The notes under the pieces are model-generated. The model did not search any database. It was not told the DNA's origin and saw only the letters and a list, made by a program, of their open reading frames with translations. DNA of 61,986 bases from Actinomycetota bacterium (GTDB taxonomy: Bacteria > Desulfobacterota > Deferrimicrobia > Deferrimicrobiales > Deferrimicrobiaceae): contig JBLMYI010000015.1 in the NCBI GenBank assembly GCA_050258195.1, forward strand, positions 1 to 61,986, given 5' to 3'. Every line of letters starts with the position of its first letter. Position 1 is the first letter of the stretch. Shown here in pieces: positions 17,579 through 27,059 of this stretch. The position numbers and the translations under genes are program-made.

Positions 17579-17657
17579 TGGTACGGCGAGGGAGCGAAAC
17601 GAAGACGGGGCGGATGCAGCGGCGCCCGAACGCGGCCGCTATCATGAAATGGAGCAC
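17579..17657. repeat. partial (3'-half) relative of the repeat core in the HIT-mutS spacer
   Basis: Manual alignment to 41178..41262 gives roughly three quarters identity by eye. It contains the GCGGATGCAGCGG box at 17610..17622 and the ending AAATGGAGC. Confidence 0.5.
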
Positions 17658-18157
17658 TACGGAGTCAAGGGTCCGAAGACCGCCGACAGGCGGCGACGGG
17701 ATTCCAGCAGCGACTCGGGCAGCACGCGGGTTTCCTGGACCGGCGTCATGAAATTGGTGTCGCCCGCCCAGCGGGGAACGAGGTGGACGTGGAGGTGGTC
17801 GGCGATCCCGGCGCCGGCGGCCTTCCCCAGGTTCATCCCGATGTTCATCCCTTCCGTTCTATATTCCTGTTCAAGTACCCGTGTGCCCAGGGAAACCAGA
17901 GAGAAAAGTTCGCGGAGCTCTTCGCCCGGCAGGTCCCACAGGTTCGCCACGTGTCGACGGGGGGCGACCAGCACGTGCCCGTTGTTGTAAGGGTAGCGGT
18001 TCAGGATCGCCGCGGTGTTCGGGTACAGTCCGACAAGGAGACGTTCGGGGTCTTCGAGGTCTCCGTCCCCGACACAGAAAACGCACTGCGCCGTCCCCCC
18101 GCCCCCGCCCGCCCGGCGGATGTATTCCATCCGCCAGGGGGAGAAGATCCGGTCCAT
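17657..18157 (-). CDS. HIT family nucleotide hydrolase/transferase (Ap4A phosphorylase-like)
   Basis: ORF 17657..18157. Histidine triad HLHVHLVPRW and the CVFC motif near the N-terminus. Confidence 0.85.
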   Translation of the reverse strand: MDRIFSPWRMEYIRRAGGGGGTAQCVFCVGDGDLEDPERLLVGLYPNTAAILNRYPYNNGHVLVAPRRHVANLWDLPGEELRELFSLVSLGTRVLEQEYRTEGMNIGMNLGKAAGAGIADHLHVHLVPRWAGDTNFMTPVQETRVLPESLLESRRRLSAVFGPLTP

Positions 18158-18167
18158 CGGGTACCTC

Positions 18168-18446
18168 TCAGCCGTTGACCATTTCCCGAAGTTCCTTGCC
18201 GACCTTGAAGAAGGGGATCCGCTTCTCGGGGATGGCGACCTTCTCGCCCGTCTTCGGGTTGCGGCCCTCCTTCGCGCGACGGGTCCGCACGGTGAAGCTC
18301 CCGAACCCGCGGATCTCGATCTTTTCGCCGCGGTGGAGGGCGTCCTTCATGTTGAGGAAAACGGTGTCGACGATGACCTCGCACTCCTTCTTGGTCAGGC
18401 TCGTCAGTGACTCGGACAGCTTCTCCACCAGGTCGCTCTTCGTCAT
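18168..18446 (-). CDS. ihfB: integration host factor subunit beta
   Basis: ORF 18168..18446. MTKSDL..., IEIRGFGSF and GRNPKTGEKV...FKVGKELR. It lies downstream of rpsA, as in the classical cmk-rpsA-ihfB synteny. Confidence 0.88.
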   Translation of the reverse strand: MTKSDLVEKLSESLTSLTKKECEVIVDTVFLNMKDALHRGEKIEIRGFGSFTVRTRRAKEGRNPKTGEKVAIPEKRIPFFKVGKELREMVNG

Positions 18447-18471
18447 TCCAGGGGTCCCTCCGAAAGATGGG

Positions 18472-19371
18472 TTATTGGGCGAGAAAATCGAGACGCAGAT
18501 GATTTCCGGAAAGCTTCTCGTCGATCAGGGTGCTCGTCTCCTCCCGGAGGAACTCCAGGAAGGAGATCTTCTTCTTCGGGGCGGTCACGACCTTCGGCTC
18601 GCCGACGATCTTCCCCAGCTTCCCGGCGTCGGAAATCGCGTCCTCGAGGTTTCCGAGGGCGTCGACGAGCCCCAGCCCCTTGGCCTGCTCCCCGGTGAAG
18701 ATCCGTCCGTCGGCGATCCGGAGGACATCTTCCCGCGCGAGGTTGCGGCCATCCGCCACCGCGTTTACGAACTGGAGGTGAACGTTGTCGACCACCCCCT
18801 GGAGAAGTTCGCGCTCCTGCGGCGTCATGTCGCGGAGGGGGGAGCCCATGTCCTTGAAGGCGCCGCTTTTCACCGTCATCCCCTTCACGCCGATCTTCTC
18901 GATGAGGTCCTTCACGTTCATGAACGGCATGATGACGCCGATGGAGCCGGTGATCGTCCCGGGGTTCGCATACACCCGCTGTGCCGCGCAGGCGATGTAG
19001 TAGCCACCGGAGGCGGCGAGCGCCCCCATGCTGGCGAGGACCGGCTTTTTCGCCCGCGCCTTCTTCACTTCCTCGTAGATCTCCTGGGACGGACCCACGC
19101 CGCCTCCCGGGGAATCGATCCGGAGAACGATCGCCTTGACCGAGTCGTCCTTCCCGAACTTCTTCAACTGCTCGATGGTCGGCGCGGAGTCGGCGATGAG
19201 CCCGGAGACCGCGATGACCGCCACCCTTTCCCCCCTGGCGAAGGGGAGCTCGTCCATGCGCGAGATGACCAGAAGGAGGGCGAAGAATCCCCCGAGGACC
19301 AGCAGAACGGTGAGGCACCCGCGCAGGAACGGTTTCCGGCGCGAAGGAGCGGAGAGGTAGGTGTCGGCCAT
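18472..19371 (-). CDS. sppA: signal peptide peptidase SppA (36K type)
   Basis: ORF 18472..19371. N-terminal TM helix, RIDSPGGG and AASGGYYIA serine-protease motifs. Confidence 0.88.
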   Translation of the reverse strand: MADTYLSAPSRRKPFLRGCLTVLLVLGGFFALLLVISRMDELPFARGERVAVIAVSGLIADSAPTIEQLKKFGKDDSVKAIVLRIDSPGGGVGPSQEIYEEVKKARAKKPVLASMGALAASGGYYIACAAQRVYANPGTITGSIGVIMPFMNVKDLIEKIGVKGMTVKSGAFKDMGSPLRDMTPQERELLQGVVDNVHLQFVNAVADGRNLAREDVLRIADGRIFTGEQAKGLGLVDALGNLEDAISDAGKLGKIVGEPKVVTAPKKKISFLEFLREETSTLIDEKLSGNHLRLDFLAQ

Positions 19372-19377
19372 CGCGGA

Positions 19378-21147
19378 TTAGTGGTTCTGCTCCCCGTTGG
19401 CCTTGAACTTCGCCAGGAGCGCTTCGCCCAGGGCCCCGATGTTCTCGGACGGGGCTTCGGCCTGTTTCCCGAGGTACGACTCCATGTTCTTCCGGTCGAG
19501 CTCGTCGGCGTGCCCCCGGATGCTGAGGGAGACTTTCTTGTTCGCCCGGTCCACGCCGAGGACGACCGCGCCCACCTCGTCGCCGACCTTGAGAACCGCC
19601 GCGGGGTTTTCGATCTTCTCGCGGGAGATCTCGGATACGTGGACCAGCCCCTCGACCCCGTCGGCGATCTCGACGAACGCCCCGAAGTCGGCGACGCGGG
19701 TCACCTTCCCCGTGACGATGTCGCCCTTCTTGAACCGCTTCTCGACTCCCGCCCACGGGTCCTCGACGAGCTGCTTGATGCCGAGGGAGAATTTCTGCGC
19801 CTCGGGATCGACCTTGAGGACCTTGGCCCGGACGCGATCCCCCTTCCGGAACAGCTCGGACGGATTCTTCACCCGGGTGTTCCAGGACAGGTCGGAGACG
19901 TGGACCAGGCCGTCGATGTCTTCCCCGACGTCCACGAAGACGCCGAAGTCCGCGACGTTTTTCACCACCCCCTCGAGGATCGAGCCTTCGGGGTGGCGCG
20001 CACGGAGCTCGTCCCACGGGTTCGAGAGGAGCTGCTTGTACCCTAGGGAGATCTTCTTGTTCGCCTTGTCGACCTTGAGGACGACCACCTCGACCGCGTC
20101 GCCCGCCTTCATCACCTCGGACGGGTCCTTCAACCGCTTGCTCCACGACATCTCGGAGATGTGGAGCAGCCCTTCCACCCCCTCCTCGATCTCGATGAAC
20201 GCCCCGTATTTCGTCGTGTTGGTGACCTTCCCGTGGACGCGCATCCCAGGCTGGTACTTCGCGTCGAGATCGAGCCACGGATCCGCTTTGGTCTGCTTGA
20301 GCCCCAGGGAGATGCGGCCGCGCTCGCGGTCGAAGCGGATGACCCTCACCTGGTAGACCTCGCCCACCTTGCACAGGTCGGAGGGGTGCCCCACTTTCCC
20401 GTAGCTCATGTCGGTCACGTGCATCAGGCCGTCGAGCCCACCGAGATCCATGAAGACGCCGTAGTCGGTGATGTTTTTCACCCGCGCCTCGACGACGTCC
20501 CCCTCCTTGATATGGTCGAGGAGCCCGGCGCGCTGGACCTCCCGCTCTTCTTCCATGAACGCGCGGCGGGAGACGACCACGTTCGCCTTCTTGCGGGAGA
20601 ATTTGAGGATCTTGAACTTCCCGGAGATGCCGATCACGGGGTCGGTGTCCCGCACCGGCCGGAGGTCCACCTGGCTGCCCGGCAGGAACGCCTTCACCCC
20701 GATGTCCACGGTGTAGCCGCCCTTGACCTTGGCGACGATCGCCCCCTGCACCGGCGTGCCGTCGTCGAACGCCTTCTGCAGGTCGTCCCACACCCGGATC
20801 TTCATCACCTTCGAGCGGGAAAGGCGGATGGCCCCGAGAGTCGTGTCGTACCCCTCGGTCATCACCTCGATCGGGTCGCCCGGTTTCAACGCCCCGCGCT
20901 CCTCCTCCGGAATGTCCTCGATCGGCAGCATCCCCTCGGATTTCTTGTTGATGTCGACAGCGACGAAATCCTTCAGCACCTTGATGACCTTGCCGTGGAT
21001 GACCTGCCCTTCCCCGGTGGACTGGAGGCTGGCGGCGAACATCCGCGCGAAATCCTCCTCCCCGGCGGGCGCGCCGGCGGCGGGGGATTCCGTGTCCGCT
21101 TCCCCGGGAAGGTCCGTCGGGTCGGGTTTGTTGTTGTCGTTGTCCAT
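19378..21147 (-). CDS. rpsA: 30S ribosomal protein S1
   Basis: ORF 19378..21189 has six S1-domain repeats (G.V..V...G.FV.L....G..H.S). Start set at ATG 21147 (MDNDNN), preceded by AGGAG. Confidence 0.93.
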   Translation of the reverse strand: MDNDNNKPDPTDLPGEADTESPAAGAPAGEEDFARMFAASLQSTGEGQVIHGKVIKVLKDFVAVDINKKSEGMLPIEDIPEEERGALKPGDPIEVMTEGYDTTLGAIRLSRSKVMKIRVWDDLQKAFDDGTPVQGAIVAKVKGGYTVDIGVKAFLPGSQVDLRPVRDTDPVIGISGKFKILKFSRKKANVVVSRRAFMEEEREVQRAGLLDHIKEGDVVEARVKNITDYGVFMDLGGLDGLMHVTDMSYGKVGHPSDLCKVGEVYQVRVIRFDRERGRISLGLKQTKADPWLDLDAKYQPGMRVHGKVTNTTKYGAFIEIEEGVEGLLHISEMSWSKRLKDPSEVMKAGDAVEVVVLKVDKANKKISLGYKQLLSNPWDELRARHPEGSILEGVVKNVADFGVFVDVGEDIDGLVHVSDLSWNTRVKNPSELFRKGDRVRAKVLKVDPEAQKFSLGIKQLVEDPWAGVEKRFKKGDIVTGKVTRVADFGAFVEIADGVEGLVHVSEISREKIENPAAVLKVGDEVGAVVLGVDRANKKVSLSIRGHADELDRKNMESYLGKQAEAPSENIGALGEALLAKFKANGEQNH

Positions 21148-21198
21148 TCCGCGCTCCTGTGGTTGGAATCCGAATTTTATACTATACACCGTAACCCG

Positions 21199-22092
21199 TT
21201 ACCGGTAAAAGGATACCTCAATCTTGTCGCACTTCCATAGTTCCTTCAGGCGTTCGAGGAACCCGGCGATGATCCACTGGGGGGTCGACGCCCCCGCGGT
21301 CACCCCGGCCACCGACGCCCCCTCGACCATCGCGGGGGTCAGCTCCCCACCCGTCTCGATGTGGTGGGTCCGGGCGTTGATCGCCTTGCAGATCTCCGCC
21401 AGGCGGCGCGTGTTGGCGCTGTTGTACCCTCCGAGGACGAACATCACGTCGGCCATCCCCGCGAGGCCGGTCGACTCCTGCTGCCGCAGGGCGGTGGCGT
21501 TGCAGATCGTGTTGAACACCCGGACTTCGGGGAACCGCTTCATCGCCGCGGCGACGAACGCCATCAGGTTTTCGAACGACTGCGTCGTCTGGGCCACGAT
21601 CCCGGCCTTGGGCACCCCTTTCGCGGCCGAGACTTCCGCGATCGACGTGAAGACGGGGACGCCCTTCTCGATGTAACTGATGATGCTTTTCACTTCCGGG
21701 TGGTTCGGGTCCCCCACGACGACGACGGCGTACCCGTTCCGGCTCAATGTCCTGGCGTGCTCCTGGGCCTTCGTCACGAAGGGGCAGGTGGCGTCGACGA
21801 TCGTAACCCCTTTCCCCTCGAGCGCCGCCCGGTCCGAGCGGGTCACCCCGTGGGAGCGGATGATCACCTTCCCGCAGGCGATCTCGTCCACCGTGTCGAC
21901 GACCCGCACTCCCTTCGCCTGGAGCCGCTCCACCGCCTGGGGGTTGTGGATGATCGGGCCGAGCGACTGGATCGGATCCTCTTTCCCGTCCCCCTCCGCG
22001 CGCCTGCCGGCCGTCTCGTCGGCGATGGAAATGGCCCGCTTCACGCCGAAGCAGAAGCCGGCGCTCCTGGCGATCAGGACCTTCTTCGTCAC
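21199..22092 (-). CDS. ispH: 4-hydroxy-3-methylbut-2-enyl diphosphate reductase
   Basis: ORF 21199..22092. GFCFGVKRAI, IHNP and conserved Cys pattern. GTG start overlaps the cmk stop (GTGA). Confidence 0.92.
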   Translation of the reverse strand: MTKKVLIARSAGFCFGVKRAISIADETAGRRAEGDGKEDPIQSLGPIIHNPQAVERLQAKGVRVVDTVDEIACGKVIIRSHGVTRSDRAALEGKGVTIVDATCPFVTKAQEHARTLSRNGYAVVVVGDPNHPEVKSIISYIEKGVPVFTSIAEVSAAKGVPKAGIVAQTTQSFENLMAFVAAAMKRFPEVRVFNTICNATALRQQESTGLAGMADVMFVLGGYNSANTRRLAEICKAINARTHHIETGGELTPAMVEGASVAGVTAGASTPQWIIAGFLERLKELWKCDKIEVSFYR

Positions 22093-22754
22093 CGCGGGAC
22101 CCCTGGCAGGCGCCGGAGCATCTCCCCCACCACCTCGTCGACCGTCATCGTCGTCGTGTCGATGTACACCGCGCCGTCGGCCACCCGGAGGGGGGAGTTC
22201 TCCCGTGTGCTGTCCTGGACGTCCCGCCGGAGGACGTCCCGCAGCACCTTCTCGAACGGCTGGGGAGGGGAGATCTCGAGATGGCGGCGCAGGGCGCGGA
22301 CGGCGGCCGCGGCGTCGAGGAAGAACTTCACCTCCGCGTCGGGAACGACGACCGTCCCGGTGTCGCGCCCTTCGAGGACGACGCCCCCCTCCCGCGTCAT
22401 CTCCCGCTGCTTCGCCACCAGCGCCTCGCGGACCGGGGCGTGGGCGGAGACCGCGGAGGCCCCCATGCTGATCTCCGGCGTGCGGATCGCATCGGTTGCG
22501 TCCTCTCCCGAAAGGAAGACGCGCGGCTCCCCGGCGACGGTCCGGAACGAAAGGTCCAGCGACCGGGCCACCCCCCCGAGGCGAACAGGATCGTCCCAGG
22601 GGATTCCCCCGCTTCGGGCCGCCAGCGCGACCGCCCGGTACATCGCGCCCGTGTCGACGCGGACCATTCCGGCAGCCTCCGCGAGACGTTTCGACACCGT
22701 GGTCTTCCCCGCCCCCGAGGGCCCGTCGATGGTGACGACCGGGCGGCTCCTCAT
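22089..22754 (-). CDS. cmk: cytidylate kinase
   Basis: C-terminal 221 codons of ORF 22089..24530. VVTIDGPSGAGKTTVSKRLA and DTGAMYR. The ATG at 22754 overlaps the aroA stop (ATGA). Confidence 0.92.
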   Translation of the reverse strand: MRSRPVVTIDGPSGAGKTTVSKRLAEAAGMVRVDTGAMYRAVALAARSGGIPWDDPVRLGGVARSLDLSFRTVAGEPRVFLSGEDATDAIRTPEISMGASAVSAHAPVREALVAKQREMTREGGVVLEGRDTGTVVVPDAEVKFFLDAAAAVRALRRHLEISPPQPFEKVLRDVLRRDVQDSTRENSPLRVADGAVYIDTTTMTVDEVVGEMLRRLPGVPR

Positions 22755-24028
22755 CGCGTCAATCCGTCCAGCAACGGTTGAAACCCCGGGAAGGACGTGT
22801 CGATGCACGCAACGTCCGTCACCTCGACCGGAACCCCCGCCGCCGCGCCGAGAATCCGCAGCGCCATCGCGATCCGGTGGTCCCCCCGGCTGTCGCACGG
22901 CCCGGTGGGGCGCACCGAGGCCGGCCCCTCCACCCACAGGCCGTCCGGGTACTCCCCGCAAGGAATCCCGAGCGATGAGAGAGAGGCGACCATCGACGCG
23001 ATCCGGTCCGACTCCTTGACGCGCAACTCTCCCGCGCCGAGGATCTCCGTCCGGCCCGCCGCGAAGGCCGCCGCCACGCAGAGGGCCGGGACCTCGTCGA
23101 TCAGGCCGGGGACCTCCTCCGGAGCCACGCGCGCGGCGATGAGCTCCGCACCACGGACGACCAGGTCCGCCACCGGCTCCCCCCCCTCGGATCGCTCTCC
23201 GACGGGACGGATGTCGGCCCCCATCCTGCGGAGGACGGCAAGCACGCCGGTGCGGAACGGGTTCACGCCGACGCCGCGAATGGTGAGCGAGGAGCCCGGG
23301 GTCACGGCGGCAAGGACGAGGAAGAAGGCGGCCGAGGAGAGGTCGCCGGGAACCGCGATCTCCAGCGGATCGAGCCGCCCGCAAGGGGCCACGGTGACCG
23401 CATTCCCGTCGCGGGAAACCTCCGCCCCCATCGCGGTGAGCATCCGCTCGGTGTGGTCGCGCGACCGGACCGGCTCCACCACCGTCACCGGAGAGTCGGC
23501 GTACAGCCCCGCGAGCAGCAGGGACGACTTCACCTGGGCCGAAGCCACCGGCATGTCGTACCGGATGCCCCGGAGCGCACCCCCGCGGATGCACAGGGGC
23601 GGGAGACGGTTCCCGTCCCGCCCGAGGATCGACGCCCCCATGCGCGTCAGCGGGTCGATCACCCGGCCCATCGGGCGGCGTCGGAGGTACCGGTCGCCCG
23701 TGACCACCGAGAGGAACGGCTGGGCGGCGAGGATCCCCGACCCGATCCGGATCGTGGTGCCGGAGTTCCCCGCGTCGATCACGTCGGCGGGCTCCGCAAG
23801 GGCGCGCAGCCCCTTCCCCTCGATCCGCAGCTCGGTGGGGGAAACCTCCTCGATCCGCGCGCCGAGGGCGCGCATCATCCCCGCCGTGGACAGCGTGTCC
23901 GCGGCGTGGAGGAACCCGCGGACGCGGCTCACGCCCGTCGCGAGCGAGGCGAACATGACGGCGCGGTGGCTGATCGACTTGTCGCCGGGGACGGAAAGCT
24001 CCCCGCGGACGGCCGTTTTCCCGCTCAT
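22751..24028 (-). CDS. aroA: 3-phosphoshikimate 1-carboxyvinyltransferase (EPSP synthase)
   Basis: ORF 22751..24193. Start is ATG 24028 (MSGKTAVRGELSVPGDKSISHRAVMFASLA), overlapping the tyrA stop (ATGA). Confidence 0.92.
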   Translation of the reverse strand: MSGKTAVRGELSVPGDKSISHRAVMFASLATGVSRVRGFLHAADTLSTAGMMRALGARIEEVSPTELRIEGKGLRALAEPADVIDAGNSGTTIRIGSGILAAQPFLSVVTGDRYLRRRPMGRVIDPLTRMGASILGRDGNRLPPLCIRGGALRGIRYDMPVASAQVKSSLLLAGLYADSPVTVVEPVRSRDHTERMLTAMGAEVSRDGNAVTVAPCGRLDPLEIAVPGDLSSAAFFLVLAAVTPGSSLTIRGVGVNPFRTGVLAVLRRMGADIRPVGERSEGGEPVADLVVRGAELIAARVAPEEVPGLIDEVPALCVAAAFAAGRTEILGAGELRVKESDRIASMVASLSSLGIPCGEYPDGLWVEGPASVRPTGPCDSRGDHRIAMALRILGAAAGVPVEVTDVACIDTSFPGFQPLLDGLTR

Positions 24029-24879
24029 GACGCCAGCAGCCCGTCCCGCGTCTTCTTCGCGCGGCCGAAATATTCGAGGAGGCCGTCCGCGTCGCCCGCG
24101 GCGATCCGACGCTCGAGGAGGCCGAGATTCCGGCGATAGTGGGAGAGCGCCCGAAGGAGCTCGACCCGGTTCTCGAGCACGATGTCCTTCCACATTTCCG
24201 GGTTGCTCGACGCGATCCGGGTGAAATCCCGGAACCCCCCCGCGGAGTACCCGAGCGGCACCCTGGAGGGCAAGGTCGCCACGGAGTGCACGAGGGCGTA
24301 CGCCACCGCGTGGGGAAGATGGGAGACGTAGGCGAAGACGTGGTCGTGGATTTTCGGATCCATCCGGAGCAGAACCGCGGAGCCGGCGCGTTTCCAGATC
24401 CGCTCAACGCGGAGGAGGGCGCCCGCGTCGGTCCGGGGGGTGGGGGTCGCGATGAACGAGCGCCCGTGGAAAAGGTCCGGGTCGGCGGAGGAAAATCCCG
24501 AGGCCTCCGTCCCTGCGATCGGGTGCCCACCGACGAAAAAGGCGCCCTTCGCCGCGGCCCGCTCCCCTTCCCGGACGATCCCGGACTTCACGCTCCCCGC
24601 GTCGGTGAGGACCGCCCCCGGCCGCATCCTCGGCCCGAGACGCCGGATCGCCTCCACGGCGCGGAGGACCGGGATGCACACGACGACCACGTCGCACGCG
24701 GAAAGCTGCGCCTCGGTGCATCCGCGCGCGATCGCGCCGGCGGACAGCGCCCGGCGGACGGTCTCCTTCCTGCGGTCGCACCCCCATACCTCCGGGGTGC
24801 CGCGCTTCCCCTTGAGCGCCAGCGCCAGGGAGCCGCCGATCAGCCCGAGGCCGAGGATGCCCACCCGCTCCCGCGCCAT
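24025..24879 (-). CDS. tyrA: prephenate (arogenate) dehydrogenase
   Basis: ORF 24025..24879. Rossmann GILGLGLIGGSLALAL, GGHPIAG and SHLPH motifs. Confidence 0.88.
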   Translation of the reverse strand: MARERVGILGLGLIGGSLALALKGKRGTPEVWGCDRRKETVRRALSAGAIARGCTEAQLSACDVVVVCIPVLRAVEAIRRLGPRMRPGAVLTDAGSVKSGIVREGERAAAKGAFFVGGHPIAGTEASGFSSADPDLFHGRSFIATPTPRTDAGALLRVERIWKRAGSAVLLRMDPKIHDHVFAYVSHLPHAVAYALVHSVATLPSRVPLGYSAGGFRDFTRIASSNPEMWKDIVLENRVELLRALSHYRRNLGLLERRIAAGDADGLLEYFGRAKKTRDGLLAS

Positions 24880-24883
24880 GGGG

Positions 24884-25897
24884 CTACAGCGTCCTCCCCA
24901 CGGCCTCGGCCACCTTCCGCAGCCGTACGACCATCTGCGCGAACGCGTCGGGCCGGAGCGACTGGGGGCCGTCGGAGAGCGCCTTCTCCGGCTGGTGGTG
25001 GACCTCGATCATCAGGCCGTCCGCCCCCGCAGCGATCGCGGCCGCGGCGAGCGGTTCCACCAGCGCCATCTTCCCTGCGGCGTGGCTGGGGTCGGCGATC
25101 ACGGGAAGGTGGGAGAGGGACTTGACCACCGGAATGGAGGAGACGTCGAAGGTGTTCCGGGTGGCCGTCTCGTAGGTGCGGATCCCGCGCTCGCACAGGA
25201 TGATCTTCTGGTTCCCCTCGGAGGCGATGTACTCCGCGGACATCAGCCACTCCTGGATCGTCGCGCTCATCCCGCGCTTGAGGATCACCGGCTTGTCGAG
25301 TTTCCCGACCTCGGTGAGGAGGCGGAAGTTCTGCATGTTCCGCGCCCCGATCTGGATGACGTCCGCGTACCTCGCCACGAGCTCGATGTCCCGGGGGTCC
25401 ATGAGCTCGGTGGCCACGGGCAGGCCGGTCCGGTCGCGGGCCTCGGCGAGGTATTTCAACCCCTCCTCCCCCAATCCCTGGAAGGCGTACGGGGAGGTGC
25501 GCGGCTTGAACGCCCCGCCGCGCAGGAACGTGGCCCCCGCCGAGACGACGCGCTCCCCGAGCCCCAGCATCATGTCCCGCCCTTCGACGGAGCAGGGGCC
25601 GGCGAACAGGGCGAGTGCCTTTCCCCCCACCGTCTTCCCGTTGACCGTGATGAGGGTGTCCTCTTTCCGGAATTCCCGGCTGACGAGCTTGAACGGGACG
25701 AGGATCCGCAGCACCTTCTCGACGACCGGCAGCCCCTCGAACGCGTCCGGGTTCAGATTCCGCTCGTCGCCGATCGCCCCGATGATCGTGCGCTCCACCC
25801 CGCGCGAGATGTGCGCGGTCAGCCCCTTTCCCTTGATCGCTTCCTCGATCTGCCGGACGTCCGCTTCGGTCGCGCCAGCGCGCAGAACGATGATCAT
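24884..25897 (-). CDS. aroF: 3-deoxy-7-phosphoheptulonate (DAHP) synthase, type I-beta with N-terminal ferredoxin-like regulatory domain
   Basis: ORF 24884..25897. The first ~70 aa form a small regulatory domain, followed by GPCSVE...[14 protein letters not shown] and DPSH motifs. Confidence 0.88.
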   Translation of the reverse strand: MIIVLRAGATEADVRQIEEAIKGKGLTAHISRGVERTIIGAIGDERNLNPDAFEGLPVVEKVLRILVPFKLVSREFRKEDTLITVNGKTVGGKALALFAGPCSVEGRDMMLGLGERVVSAGATFLRGGAFKPRTSPYAFQGLGEEGLKYLAEARDRTGLPVATELMDPRDIELVARYADVIQIGARNMQNFRLLTEVGKLDKPVILKRGMSATIQEWLMSAEYIASEGNQKIILCERGIRTYETATRNTFDVSSIPVVKSLSHLPVIADPSHAAGKMALVEPLAAAAIAAGADGLMIEVHHQPEKALSDGPQSLRPDAFAQMVVRLRKVAEAVGRTL

Positions 25898-25985
25898 GTG
25901 CGGATTCCTTTCCCACTTCCGGGTGGAATGAAAAATTTAACGCTTCGTGGAACCCCCCGCTGCGTCACCCGCGCGGCACCGATTG

Positions 25986-27059
25986 TCATATCGCCCGTGG
26001 GTAGGAGCCGAGGATCTTGATGAACTGGGCCCGCTTCTTGAGATCCTCGAGCGCCTGGGCCACCGGCGGGTCGGTCAAGTGGCCCGACATGTCGAGGAAG
26101 AAAAGATACTCCCACGCCTTCGTCTTGACCGGGCGCGACTCGATCTTGGTCAGGTTCACGTTGTGCTTCGCGAACGGCTGCAGCATGAGGTAGAGCGCCC
26201 CGACCTCGTCCCGGCCGGAAAAGATGATCGAGGTCTTGTCGTCCCCCGTCGGGACCGACGCCTGCTTCCCGAGGATGATGAACCGGGTGAAGTTGTTCGC
26301 GTTGTCCTGGATCCGCTTCCGGATCGCCTTCAGCCCGTAGATCTTGGAGGCCGCCTCCCCCGCGATCGCCGCCGCCGCCGGGTCGTCCGACGCGAGCTCC
26401 GCCGCGCGCGCCGTGCTCTCGACGTCGAAGACGGGGACCTCGGGAAGGTTCCGTTCGAGCCAGCCGCGGCACTGGGCGATGGCGTGCGGATGGGAGTAGA
26501 TCTTCTTCACGTGATCGATGTCGCCCGTGACGTTCAGGAGGTCGTGGGCCACCTCGACGAGGATCTCCCCGCAGATGAGCAGGTTGTGGTCGATGAACAT
26601 GTCGAGGGTGTTGCTGACGATCCCCTCGCTGCTGTTCTCGATCGGCACCACCCCGAAGTCGGCCGCGTTCCGGTGAACCGCGTCGAACACCCCGGAGAGG
26701 TTGATCTGCGGGACGTATTCGGCGCTTTCGCCGAAATGCTTCAGGCACGCGAGGTGGGTGAAGGTGGCCTTGGGGCCCAGGAACGCCACGGAGAGCGGCT
26801 TTTCGAGGGAGAGGGACGCGGAGATGACCTCCCGGTAGATCGCCTTCAGGCCGTCGTTCGGAAAGGGCCCTTCGTTCACGGCGGTCAGGCGCCGGAGGAT
26901 CTCCACCTCCCGCTCGGGGACGTAGACGTTGAGCTTGCGGTCCTTCTTGATCGAGCCGACCTCGATGGCCGCCTTCGCGCGGCGGTTCAGCAGCTCGAGG
27001 ATCCGGTCGTCGATGGCGTCGATCTCGACGCGGAGCTCCTTCAGGCGGTCCTGCGTCAA
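25986..27059 (-). CDS. pheA: bifunctional chorismate mutase / prephenate dehydratase
   Basis: C-terminal 357 codons of ORF 25986..28034. Chorismate mutase LRVEIDAIDDRILELLNRRA, dehydratase FLGPKATFTH...IENSSEG and an ACT domain ESRP. TTG start at 27059 overlaps the accA stop (TTGA) after GGGGGAG. Confidence 0.88.
   Translation of the reverse strand: MTQDRLKELRVEIDAIDDRILELLNRRAKAAIEVGSIKKDRKLNVYVPEREVEILRRLTAVNEGPFPNDGLKAIYREVISASLSLEKPLSVAFLGPKATFTHLACLKHFGESAEYVPQINLSGVFDAVHRNAADFGVVPIENSSEGIVSNTLDMFIDHNLLICGEILVEVAHDLLNVTGDIDHVKKIYSHPHAIAQCRGWLERNLPEVPVFDVESTARAAELASDDPAAAAIAGEAASKIYGLKAIRKRIQDNANNFTRFIILGKQASVPTGDDKTSIIFSGRDEVGALYLMLQPFAKHNVNLTKIESRPVKTKAWEYLFFLDMSGHLTDPPVAQALEDLKKRAQFIKILGSYPRAI

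Noticed and set aside
21148-21198. The AT-rich TATAGTATAAAAT stretch (minus strand) upstream of rpsA as a promoter, with the nearby GTAAC/GTTAC dyad as an operator.
   Set aside because: I found no acceptable -35 at 16-19 nt, and the dyad has a 2-nt centre, so it is not an RNA hairpin. It is plausible but unsupported, so I did not list it as a feature.
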